Below are positions 39,342 through 48,285 of a stretch of DNA of 64,000 bases, piece by piece. The notes beneath the pieces were generated by a model. The model worked only from the letters and a program-made list of their open reading frames with translations. It made no database searches and was not told the DNA's origin. The position numbers were made by a program, and so were the translations under genes. Every line of letters begins with the position of its first letter. Positions within the stretch are counted from its first letter, which is position 1. The stretch is from Myxococcales bacterium (GTDB taxonomy: Bacteria > Desulfobacterota > Binatia > UTPRO1 > JBBIJE01), in NCBI GenBank assembly GCA_037446155.1, contig JBBIJE010000013.1:17008-81007 (forward strand), read 5' to 3'.

Positions 39342-40346
39342 ATGACGATGGGACGAGTGGCGCCCGACCGAGAACTTCAGCTGCGGCCGGGTCACGGTGC
39401 TGGCCTCTGCCCTGTGTGCAGCAGAGAGACAGAAGTCGTGTTCGGCGGAATCGAAGGTCGGTACATAATGCTGAGGTGCGCGGCTTGTTCCGTCGAGTTT
39501 GCCTCTCCGTTAGAACCGGCCGGCACGGTTGAGTACGACAAATCTTACAACAGGCCTGCTGGAGGACGGCGGCCGCGGACCGTACGGGAGGCGCTGACCA
39601 GAATCAGACAGGCGCCGCGCTACAAGGCCTTCTTCAACCAGGTTCCGATCTCGCCAGGTGTCAGACTGCTCGACATTGGATGTGGCACGGGCGCATTTCT
39701 TGTGGAGGCGGCCCGCCGTGGGGCGGACGTTTACGGGGTGGATCTGGCCGCGTCAGCTGTTTCATATGCGAGGACCGAGTTCGGGTTGCGGAACGTTGCT
39801 GTTGTTGCTGAAGGGCAATTGCCGGATGAGTGGGGCTACTTTGATGTCATAACTGCTTTCGAGGTTGTCGAGCACATTACGTCCCCTCGAGGCTTAGTTG
39901 CTTGGGGATTTGAGCACCTACGGCCGGCTGGGTCGTTCTTCATTACTGTGCCAGATGCGGAGCGGCTGGAGGTGAAGGTCGGTCGTCGGCCAGCCGGTGA
40001 CCGACCGCCGAATCACTTAACGCGCTGGTGCCCACAAGCATTGGAAAAGCTTTTGTGGACGCAACCTTGGTGTGAGGTGCGAGTCAGCCGCACAGCGCTT
40101 GAACTTACCGAAGTGCTGGCGGCGGTAGCTCCGAGGGCGCCCAGAACCACGAAGGGTACCAATATGGTAAGGGCTAGCCAGCACCACGGATTTGTTGGTT
40201 CTTTGATCAGGCGGAGTCAAGTCCCTGGAATGATTCGAGATGCTGCAAACCGTCTCCTTTGGCACGCCTTCCCGCTTTGCGCTAGGGTTGGTGTCTACGG
40301 GCACTCGCTCGTCGGACAAGCCGTTAGGTCTCGAGAGACCCGATGA
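39342..40346 (+). CDS. class I SAM-dependent methyltransferase with N-terminal zinc-ribbon (MT3)
   Basis: CPVCS...RCAACS forms a Cys4 ribbon. LLDIGCGTGAFLVEAARRGADVYGVDL and FDVITAFEVVEHITSP are methyltransferase motifs. Confidence 0.85.
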   Translation: MTMGRVAPDRELQLRPGHGAGLCPVCSRETEVVFGGIEGRYIMLRCAACSVEFASPLEPAGTVEYDKSYNRPAGGRRPRTVREALTRIRQAPRYKAFFNQVPISPGVRLLDIGCGTGAFLVEAARRGADVYGVDLAASAVSYARTEFGLRNVAVVAEGQLPDEWGYFDVITAFEVVEHITSPRGLVAWGFEHLRPAGSFFITVPDAERLEVKVGRRPAGDRPPNHLTRWCPQALEKLLWTQPWCEVRVSRTALELTEVLAAVAPRAPRTTKGTNMVRASQHHGFVGSLIRRSQVPGMIRDAANRLLWHAFPLCARVGVYGHSLVGQAVRSRETR

Positions 40347-41914
40347 AACTCGCAGGATTATTGCAAAGTGCAGTGAGTTCCACGGGTTATCCTCATTGGT
40401 GGGATCGTCCGTCTTGCGGTTCCTCTTACCGGATGGGCAAGTACCAGCCGCGCTACGTGGCGCACCGGCTGTTGGCCAAGGCGGAGGCGGCAGTGCGGCG
40501 CAGGGACGCGCGGGCTGTAATGGGTAGTGCGCTCGCAGCACTAATGGTAGGGGGTGTTTTGGGACTGAAGGCAGTACATGGCGCCATGGTACTTCTTGCA
40601 TTTGGGTTTGTCTGTTGTTCGTCTTTGATCCCGTTGGTGGGACTGGCCGGTTTGACGACAGTGGCGGCCACTCTGAACACGAAGGCGCTGCTTGCTTACC
40701 GAATGACCATTGCAGGGAATTCCCTCCCTATAAATGTCGTCGAGATGGTTGCAGTCATGTGTGCACCGGCTGTTGCTGCTTGCCTGGCACGAACGCGAGG
40801 GCAATGGAGCCGGCGCACCGCGGAGATGGACGTCAAATTGGTGGTTTTGGCGATGGTCTTCCTCCTGGGCACTGCGTGCGGGGCGATACGGGGCAATCCG
40901 TGGTACGACATTGCATGGGGGCTTCGCCACATGGTGCTGATATCCTTTGCGTACTGGTTTACGCGGATATCGTTGGCGCGCATCAAAGAGTTGCGCTGTC
41001 TGGTCACCTTATTGGTAATTGGTGCTACGTTGGACGCCGTTCAAGGCTATGCGAGTCTCGCGGAACGTTTAAGTGCGCATAGCACTGGGCTTCCTCGGGA
41101 TAACTGGGTGACATCCGGATTCTATAGTATCGGCTTTGTGATTGCGATGGCGCTTAGGCTGCACGGGGTTAACGTCTTGGGGAACCGGCTCACAGCGCTC
41201 GCTGTGATTTGCGTGTGCGGTGGCTGGTTTGTCGCTTCTTTCCGGCGCGCTGGCATGCTACTGCTACCCATCCTTTTCGCTATTTTGGGTGGCGCGGTGC
41301 TTTCGAGGGCAAGAGCGAGAGTGAAGAGTTTCATGAGAGCGCGTGCTTTGCTGGTACCGGGCGTCACGATTCTTTGTTTCTTGTTTGTGCCCGAGGTGGC
41401 CACTGAGAGGTGGCTCGAGACACTATACGGCGCCCTTTCATCGCTCTTACGCGAACAGGTTGATGTGTCGGTAAGTGCCAGGCTTAGCTCCCTGCGTGCA
41501 TTGCTTACCTGGTTTGGGGATCACCCATGGCTGGTTCTAACCGGTGGTGGCCTAGGTACGACGTACGAATACTTCGCAGAAGGCTCTTATGGCCCTATGC
41601 GTTCGCCGGGAATGGGAGTCTATGGGTATTACTTGCTTAATCTCGGTGTGATTGGGTTGGGAACCCTCGTTTGGATTCAACTTCGATTTCTACGCTTCAC
41701 AAGTAGGCTCTGGGCAGAGGCGGATAATCCATATGGGCAAGGCCTCGCGCTCGCTCTGCTGGTCTATGGGGTTTATGTAATGGCGACGATGGTGCCAAGC
41801 GGGAACTTTTTGATGCCGCAGCTATCGGTCTTGTACGGCGTCTTCCTGGCGCTTCCGTGCGCGGTTCGCTCGCTTTGCCCGTTGGGTCCCAGGACAGGAG
41901 TGGCGCGCGAATGA
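40343..41914 (+). CDS. polytopic membrane protein, O-antigen polymerase/ligase (Wzy)-like
   Basis: More than 10 hydrophobic helices with a larger loop. Sits in a Wzx/GT cluster, with its ATG overlapping the upstream stop. The family call rests on topology and context only. Confidence 0.55.
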   Translation: MKLAGLLQSAVSSTGYPHWWDRPSCGSSYRMGKYQPRYVAHRLLAKAEAAVRRRDARAVMGSALAALMVGGVLGLKAVHGAMVLLAFGFVCCSSLIPLVGLAGLTTVAATLNTKALLAYRMTIAGNSLPINVVEMVAVMCAPAVAACLARTRGQWSRRTAEMDVKLVVLAMVFLLGTACGAIRGNPWYDIAWGLRHMVLISFAYWFTRISLARIKELRCLVTLLVIGATLDAVQGYASLAERLSAHSTGLPRDNWVTSGFYSIGFVIAMALRLHGVNVLGNRLTALAVICVCGGWFVASFRRAGMLLLPILFAILGGAVLSRARARVKSFMRARALLVPGVTILCFLFVPEVATERWLETLYGALSSLLREQVDVSVSARLSSLRALLTWFGDHPWLVLTGGGLGTTYEYFAEGSYGPMRSPGMGVYGYYLLNLGVIGLGTLVWIQLRFLRFTSRLWAEADNPYGQGLALALLVYGVYVMATMVPSGNFLMPQLSVLYGVFLALPCAVRSLCPLGPRTGVARE

Positions 41915-43194
41915 CAAGCAAGAGAATCGGGACGCTTGCGGTCATATCCCGTTCAGTCTTTGTTGACCATGGCCACAAGCTCGGGTTTCACCCGCTGGAC
42001 GGAGCTTACATTGACCGTCTCGCGAGCTACTTTGAGCGAGTAGTATTGTATGCCCCAATTATTAGGCGGGGGACAGGCTCGTACAGCGTATTTCAGGGCT
42101 ACGACTATGAGATGCAGGCTCGGAATCTGGAAGTGGAGGGGCTTCCGGCTGGATCTGTGGCATCTGGGGGCCTGTGCGAGGCGACTTTTCGCCTCGCGCG
42201 GGTGTGGTGTTACTTACTTAAGGAAAGCCGCGCATGGGATTTTGCGTACGTTTTCATGCCGTCTCCAGTGGGAGTTGCAGCCGCTACAATATGTTTGGTA
42301 TCCGGTGTAAATTACGCAGCGTACCTCGGGGCTGAGTGGGCCCGATTCGCCCAAATGCACTTCCGGTGGAGAGGCGTTAGAGGGGTTGTGTTGCACAAGC
42401 CGTACGTGATCGCTGCTGGCCTCCTTGAGCAGTGGGTGATGCGACATGCCAGGCTCCGTGTTGTCGTAGGGCCAAAGCTGTTCGAACGATACCGCTCGCT
42501 CGCCCCGACGATGGAAACGCCGCCGCTCCTGAAGTTAGGTAAAAGCGATTTCTACTGGAGGCTGGACACCTGCCAAAGAACGCCGATCACGTGTTTAACG
42601 GTGGCATCACTGCATCCCAGGAAGGGGCTTTCATACTTACTGAAGGCTTTGGCTTTGTTGCGTGAGCGCGGGTGGAGAATTGTCCTCGAAGTGGTGGGGA
42701 GTGGGGAGTCACTGTTTGACCTGCAACGGCTGGCGTTCCAGCTTAACATCGATCGCCATGTGCGGTTTTCCGGATACTTGTCGAACGGACCCAGCCTTTT
42801 TGCCATGTACCGGGCGGCAGACATCTTTGTTTTGCCCACCCTTGGCGAAGGATTCCCCAGGGTGCTTTATGAAGCGATGGCACACGGCCTTCCCATCGTC
42901 ACTACGAGTGTGGACAGCATTCCGTACCTGATAAGGCACGGCAGCGAAGGGCTGCTAGTCGCCCCGCGTTGTCCTGAGGCCTTAGCGTCAGCCGTAGAAA
43001 CGATAATCACGGACAAGGAGCTGCGTCAGCGTTTAATACGCAACGGCCTCGCCATGGCCGAGCGGGTAATCGGTGCAGACCCCGCGAAGAAGGCTGCTGC
43101 CGAAATCTTCAGTGTGCTGGTGAATGAGCATAATTTGCCTAAGAGGGGGTTCGCAGCGGCGACGCCGGACGGCCATGACGGAGGCGCTTCGTGA
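41911..43194 (+). CDS. glycosyltransferase family 4 (GT-B), GT-a
   Basis: ADIFVLPTLGEGFPRVLYEAMAHGLPIVTT is an E-x7-E type motif. The ATG overlaps the upstream stop. Confidence 0.85.
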   Translation: MTSKRIGTLAVISRSVFVDHGHKLGFHPLDGAYIDRLASYFERVVLYAPIIRRGTGSYSVFQGYDYEMQARNLEVEGLPAGSVASGGLCEATFRLARVWCYLLKESRAWDFAYVFMPSPVGVAAATICLVSGVNYAAYLGAEWARFAQMHFRWRGVRGVVLHKPYVIAAGLLEQWVMRHARLRVVVGPKLFERYRSLAPTMETPPLLKLGKSDFYWRLDTCQRTPITCLTVASLHPRKGLSYLLKALALLRERGWRIVLEVVGSGESLFDLQRLAFQLNIDRHVRFSGYLSNGPSLFAMYRAADIFVLPTLGEGFPRVLYEAMAHGLPIVTTSVDSIPYLIRHGSEGLLVAPRCPEALASAVETIITDKELRQRLIRNGLAMAERVIGADPAKKAAAEIFSVLVNEHNLPKRGFAAATPDGHDGGAS

Positions 43195-43202
43195 CCTGAC
43201 TC

Positions 43203-43910
43203 GTGTTTGGAAGACGTGCAATGAGGGAGTTTGCGAGTATTAGCTGCACGGCCTCAGGCTACCTTGAGAGGTACCAGAAGGTGCAGGTCAACACGGGCTT
43301 CCAGTGGGCAGCCAGTTTTTTGGCGGGCAAGAAGGTGCTCGATCTCGGGTGTGGCAATGGCGAATACTTGGCGCGCTTAGGGCCTGGGTGTGTAGGCGTC
43401 GACGTTTCCTTTCGCAATGTGGCCATCTGTCAGCAACGTGGGTTATTAGTGAGACAGCTAGACGTGAACCGAGGTCTCGATATTTTCGAAGACGCTGCGT
43501 TCGAAGCGGTTCTTTGTGCGCACCTGCTTGAGCACCTGGATAGTCCCATCAGAGCGCTGCGGGAAATCAACCGCGTTATCGCCCCGGGGGGAGTTGTCGT
43601 GATCGGCCTGCCCGTGGAAGGCGGCTTGAGTCGAACCGGTAGATCGTATTACCGCAAACACGAAGGTCACCTTCAAAGCTTTTCGCTCGAAAACTTGTTG
43701 CATCTGCTGAGGTTGACAGGCTTTCGCACAATGGCGTGGTATTACGAGCTGCCGCTGTTAGACAGGTTAGCGCGTGGGAAGCTACTGCCTCCCCTGCAAC
43801 GTTTGCCGGCTTGGATGCTGTCGCGAGTAGCCAAGGGTCTTTGGGTAGCTGCACGGAAGGAGGCGAAACCTCGGGCCCCGTTTGTGAATAATGGTCACAC
43901 TGAAGCCTAG
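43203..43910 (+). CDS. class I SAM-dependent methyltransferase (MT4)
   Basis: VLDLGCGNGEYLARLG and FEAVLCAHLLEHLDSPIRALREINRVIAPGGVVVIGLP. Confidence 0.85.
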   Translation: MFGRRAMREFASISCTASGYLERYQKVQVNTGFQWAASFLAGKKVLDLGCGNGEYLARLGPGCVGVDVSFRNVAICQQRGLLVRQLDVNRGLDIFEDAAFEAVLCAHLLEHLDSPIRALREINRVIAPGGVVVIGLPVEGGLSRTGRSYYRKHEGHLQSFSLENLLHLLRLTGFRTMAWYYELPLLDRLARGKLLPPLQRLPAWMLSRVAKGLWVAARKEAKPRAPFVNNGHTEA

Positions 43911-45129
43911 GCGCATAAGCTACAGTTTGGATGCTGGCAGAAGTGGCGCCGCATCGCGGCCGGTCAGGGTAGCGGTAGTTCAGGAGATCCTGGCTCACTA
44001 CCGGGTCCCCATTTTTCAGCGGTTGGCAACTACAGAGGGCATAGAGCTCTGTGTCTATTACGGGGCGGGAATGCGCGGGTACCCCAAGCGAAGTGTAACG
44101 AATCGCGAAGGTGTGCCCGGCAAAATGGTGCGGAATTACTACCTCCGGTGGGGTGACCTCACCTTGTGTTTTCAACCTGGCGTGTTGCGGCACCTCTTCT
44201 TGGGCAACTACGATGTCATTATTTGCGGCGATTCACCGTGGATTGTTACAAATCTTCTGTTGCTTCTTTATAGGAAGTTGCGAGGTGCCAAACTCATTGC
44301 GTGGGGCGGGACCAGAGAGCCAGCCGTAGTGACCCTGCCAAGGCGCGTCTTCAGGTACCTCGGGAAAGCAGCTAAGAGGCACCTATATCGGCACATTGAT
44401 GCGTTTATCGCATACGGGACATGGGGCGCACGGTATTTTGCCTCGATGGGTGTCCCCGGTTGGAAGATCTTCATTGCATACAACTCGATAGACACGGAGA
44501 GGGCATTCCGGCTCAAGCGGCAAGTGAGTATCGAGGACCGACGTACATGGGGCGTTCTTGAGGGGACCTCTCTTGGGCAGAGCTTGAGTGTGTTGTACGT
44601 AGGGGCACTCCTTCGAGAGAAGAAAATCGACAACCTTTTGGCTGCCTACAGCCGGATCGTTACAGGTGCGTCCGCATCTGACCCCTGGTTGTTGATCGTG
44701 GGTGACGGCCCTGAGCGTGAACGGCTCGAAGCGTTAACGGCAGCGCTTCGGCTGGACAGGGTTCGGTTCTTCGGCCGGCTGGGGGATGAAGATCTCGCAA
44801 GGCTCATGGTGGTAGCTGATGTAGTGGTCTTGCCTGGCCACGGCGGGCTGGCTGTGCAGCAAGCGCTGGCCTTTGGCAAGCCCGTGATTGTTGGCGAGGC
44901 CGACGGTACCGAAAGCGATTTGGTGCAGGATGGCGTGAATGGGTTTCGGCTTCAATCGGGCGGGAGCGTGGATGAGCTTGCGTGCAAATTGCGGTGTGTT
45001 CTAGGCGATGCCACTTTGCGAAGGGCTATGGGCAATGCCTCAACGGCAACCGTTCGTGAGCGCGTGAATGTTGACGTAATGTTGCAAGGTTTTCTCGGGG
45101 CGCTTCGGTTTGTCAACCAGGCTGGATGA
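43891..45129 (+). CDS. glycosyltransferase family 4 (GT-B), GT-b
   Basis: VVVLPGHGGLAVQQALAFGKPVIVGEADGTESDLVQDGVNGF. Confidence 0.8.
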   Translation: MVTLKPRRISYSLDAGRSGAASRPVRVAVVQEILAHYRVPIFQRLATTEGIELCVYYGAGMRGYPKRSVTNREGVPGKMVRNYYLRWGDLTLCFQPGVLRHLFLGNYDVIICGDSPWIVTNLLLLLYRKLRGAKLIAWGGTREPAVVTLPRRVFRYLGKAAKRHLYRHIDAFIAYGTWGARYFASMGVPGWKIFIAYNSIDTERAFRLKRQVSIEDRRTWGVLEGTSLGQSLSVLYVGALLREKKIDNLLAAYSRIVTGASASDPWLLIVGDGPERERLEALTAALRLDRVRFFGRLGDEDLARLMVVADVVVLPGHGGLAVQQALAFGKPVIVGEADGTESDLVQDGVNGFRLQSGGSVDELACKLRCVLGDATLRRAMGNASTATVRERVNVDVMLQGFLGALRFVNQAG

Positions 45130-45908
45130 GGGGCGGGGTGTTGAGCATTAGACGCGCCTGGATGATCCTTAAGCGCGAGACCAAATTTACGCGGAGGATG
45201 GAGGTAAGGGCTATCGCGGGGTGGGCAGCGGTGAGGGAGGCTGATGTCATGTGTGATATCGGCTGCGGGGATGGCTATTACACGTGGCGCCTAGGACGGG
45301 CTGCTCGCCTTGTGGTTGGAGTCGACGTGGATATGGACGCTCTGCAGCGGGCTAAGCGTGGGAAATACCCCCACTGTGAGTTTGTTGTAGCTTCGGCAGA
45401 GGCGCTTCCATTTCGCGCTAACGTTTTTACGAAAATCGTAAGCGTTTGCGCTTTGGAGCACTTTTCCAACGATGGGCGGGCGCTGGGGGAAATCAGCCGG
45501 GTGTTGAGGCCTGGATGCTGCGTTTGCCTTAGCGTAGACAGCCTCACCTGTTCGTGGATCCCGGTGAGGTGGCGGGAGGCACACCGCCGAAACGCGAAAG
45601 TTCTCAATTACTACGATCATACTAGCTTAGCTGACAAATTGGCGGCGGCTGGACTCGCACCGGACAGGTGGCGTTACCTTGTAACGTCGCGACTTTCTAG
45701 TTTTCTAGTGAGGCTGGGATCGCTTTGGGGAGGGCGGATGTTCTCTGTAACCTGCCCGATTTTCTATCCTCTAGTGTTGCTGAGTGACAGGATCACGAAC
45801 ACGAGGCGTGGCGGTCACAAATTGGCTATCCGCGCGTTCGCGGTTGAACCACCCCGAGGGAGCAACAGGCTTGCTGGTGCCGAGGGTCAAGCCGGACGGA
45901 AGGGCTGA
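45126..45908 (+). CDS. class I SAM-dependent methyltransferase (MT5)
   Basis: VMCDIGCGDGYYT and LPFRANVFTKIVSVCALEHFSNDGRALGEISRVLRPGCCVCLSV. The ATG overlaps the upstream stop. Confidence 0.85.
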   Translation: MRGGVLSIRRAWMILKRETKFTRRMEVRAIAGWAAVREADVMCDIGCGDGYYTWRLGRAARLVVGVDVDMDALQRAKRGKYPHCEFVVASAEALPFRANVFTKIVSVCALEHFSNDGRALGEISRVLRPGCCVCLSVDSLTCSWIPVRWREAHRRNAKVLNYYDHTSLADKLAAAGLAPDRWRYLVTSRLSSFLVRLGSLWGGRMFSVTCPIFYPLVLLSDRITNTRRGGHKLAIRAFAVEPPRGSNRLAGAEGQAGRKG

Positions 45909-45911
45909 CGC

Positions 45912-47087
45912 ATGCGGATAGGGCTTGATTTGCTTTCGGAGGTCGCGGGCCGGTCATCGGGAACGGAAACGTACTTGATGGGCTTCCTAAAAGCACTTGC
46001 GGCAGCGACTGCGGATGATAGTGAGGTATTCCTGTTCGTCAACTCGCAAAACGCCCGTTTGTACGAGGTACAAGGCACGCGGTTCCACCACGTCCGGCTT
46101 CCTTTTTCTAATAGGCAGCCTGGGTTACGCGTCCTGAGCCAACTGTTCCTCATTCCTTACCACGCGAGGAGCCTTGGCCTGGACGTCGTCAACTTTCTCG
46201 GAACTACCGGCGCCTTCTTCGCAGGGTGCGCGACTGTTCAGCACGTCAAGACACTGCACCATCTTTTGTGCCCGAAGGCCGTTTTGCCAAGCAGAGCTCT
46301 GTTCAGGAGGTTTTTGATGGGGCCGTCGGCTCGCGCTGCCGATCTCGTGATCGCGAACACGGAGAGTACAAGAGGGGCGGTTATCCGATTGCTCAGAGTG
46401 CCACCCGCACAGGTGAGGGTTGTGCCCGAAGCTGTCGACCACTCGATTTTCTTCCCGAGAGTTCTGGATGACCAGTACGGGGTGACTCTCGCGAAGTATC
46501 GTATACGGCGGCCCTATTTACTTTTTGTCTCATCTCTTTGGCCGTACAAGAACGTGCACGGCTTTCTTCGGGCCTGCGGTGTGTTGACTGCCGCCCATGC
46601 GATTCCTCATAGTTTCGTCGTTGTGGGTGGCCTGGGGCCTTCGCGTTATCAGGCGCGGCTTCAAGAGCTAGCTAACCAACCCAACCTCCGCGGCAGGGTG
46701 CTTTTTCTTGGCCACCTTCGAGACCGTAGGGAGATTAGGGACATCTACGTCGGTGCCGATGTTTATGTTCAGCCCTCCTATGAGGAAACCTTCGGTCTAA
46801 CCGTCCTGGAAGCCATGGCTTGCGGTGTTCCCGTCGTTGCGGCCGACCGTGGCGCGATTCCGGAAGTTGCGGGGGATGCGGCCTTGTTGGTTAACCCCGA
46901 CGACGCGAAGGCAATAGCCGATAGCATATGGTGGGTGATAAGCGACCACCGGCGTCGGCAGCAACTGAAGGAGAAAGGGCTTTTGAGGGCCCGTAGCTTC
47001 AGTTGGGTGCGCACCGCTGCGGAGACGCTTGAGGTGTACCGAGCGGCGGTTCAGATTAGGGCAAAGGGGGGGCGTCAACTGCCGTGA
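45912..47087 (+). CDS. glycosyltransferase family 4 (GT-B), GT-c
   Basis: ADVYVQPSYEETFGLTVLEAMACGVPVVAADRGAIPEVAGDAALLVNP. Confidence 0.88.
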   Translation: MRIGLDLLSEVAGRSSGTETYLMGFLKALAAATADDSEVFLFVNSQNARLYEVQGTRFHHVRLPFSNRQPGLRVLSQLFLIPYHARSLGLDVVNFLGTTGAFFAGCATVQHVKTLHHLLCPKAVLPSRALFRRFLMGPSARAADLVIANTESTRGAVIRLLRVPPAQVRVVPEAVDHSIFFPRVLDDQYGVTLAKYRIRRPYLLFVSSLWPYKNVHGFLRACGVLTAAHAIPHSFVVVGGLGPSRYQARLQELANQPNLRGRVLFLGHLRDRREIRDIYVGADVYVQPSYEETFGLTVLEAMACGVPVVAADRGAIPEVAGDAALLVNPDDAKAIADSIWWVISDHRRRQQLKEKGLLRARSFSWVRTAAETLEVYRAAVQIRAKGGRQLP

Positions 47088-47459
47088 CTGCTGTTTTGAC
47101 TGTAACAGATGCCTTTGTTTGGCGATCATGTTGTGGCGCAACACGCGCTCAGCTGGGCCTAGCAAGGGAACATCGCCCTTTCGGTGGCCGGACGGCCCTG
47201 CTCAAGTTCCGTAGTAGCGCGCTTAGAAACGGAGAGGGCATGCCAGCATGGTGGTGGGAGCCGCCGTATGAATTTCGGACGTGTTTCCGGCTAGCCCGGC
47301 ACTCGAGGTGCGCTGGTGTTGGCGATGCAACGCGGTGCCGGAACGTTGGCCTGCCCCATCGGCCCAGTAAGCCGGTCAATGGGCCGAGCGCCAACAATGC
47401 CTTGGCGTGTTGGGACGTGAGGAGGTTGGCTTATTGGGCACGCTAAGAGGTGGGGCACC

Positions 47460-48284
47460 ATGGTGCGCCGACTGCTGACCCAGGTGCGGCCGGGCGGCGC
47501 TGTGGCGGTTGCCTCTCCGCGGAACACGGAAGAGGAACGGACCCGCCAGGTCGAGTATTATCGCAAGACCACGGGCGCCGAGGACGAGATAACTCGCCCG
47601 AGGTGCTACCCCCGGGCGGTGCGCTACTTGCTTACCTTGAAGGTTCGGTTGGCACTGTCCGCGCTTCGGTTTGAGCGCCCAGGGGGACGCTTGCTTGCGG
47701 TCTGTTGTGGCTCTGGGATGGATGCAGAATGGCTAGCGCGACGTGGGTTCAAAGTCGTGGGGGTAGATTTTTCCCGCGAGGCGGTTCTTCGGGCGAAAGA
47801 AAGGGCCAGGAGGTACGGTGTTCATTATGATTTGGTAGTCGGAGACGCAGAGCACCTGCCGTTTCGCGACGGTGCATTTGACGTCACATTCGTACACGAC
47901 GGACTTCATCACCTCTCGGATGCATACCGAGGCGTCCGGGAGATGGTAAGAGTTGCGACGCGGGCGGTGGCAATTGCCGAACCGGCCAATGGCGTGCTTA
48001 CCCGACTTGCAGTTAGGCTGGGCCTTGCCGGCAGATACGAGGAAGCGGGGAACTACGTTTTCCGCTTGAGCGAACGGCGCTTAGCTCAGGTGTTTTCCCA
48101 GGCCGGTGCCCGCGGGTGGGCTTTTCGCCGTGACTTCATCTACTACCAGCCGTGGACTTTCAAGTTCTATAAGATATGCGATCGCGACCCCATGTTTCTG
48201 CTCTTCAAGTTGTGCTTTTACCTCTGCAACCTCACCGTTGGACGTTGGGGGAACTCGTTGAAGGCGGTGGCTTGGAAGGCCTGA
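47460..48284 (+). CDS. class I SAM-dependent methyltransferase (MT6)
   Basis: LLAVCCGSGMDAEWLARRGFKVVGVDFS and GDAEHLPFRDGAFDVTFVHDGLHHL. Confidence 0.85.
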   Translation: MVRRLLTQVRPGGAVAVASPRNTEEERTRQVEYYRKTTGAEDEITRPRCYPRAVRYLLTLKVRLALSALRFERPGGRLLAVCCGSGMDAEWLARRGFKVVGVDFSREAVLRAKERARRYGVHYDLVVGDAEHLPFRDGAFDVTFVHDGLHHLSDAYRGVREMVRVATRAVAIAEPANGVLTRLAVRLGLAGRYEEAGNYVFRLSERRLAQVFSQAGARGWAFRRDFIYYQPWTFKFYKICDRDPMFLLFKLCFYLCNLTVGRWGNSLKAVAWKA

Positions 48285-48285
48285 G

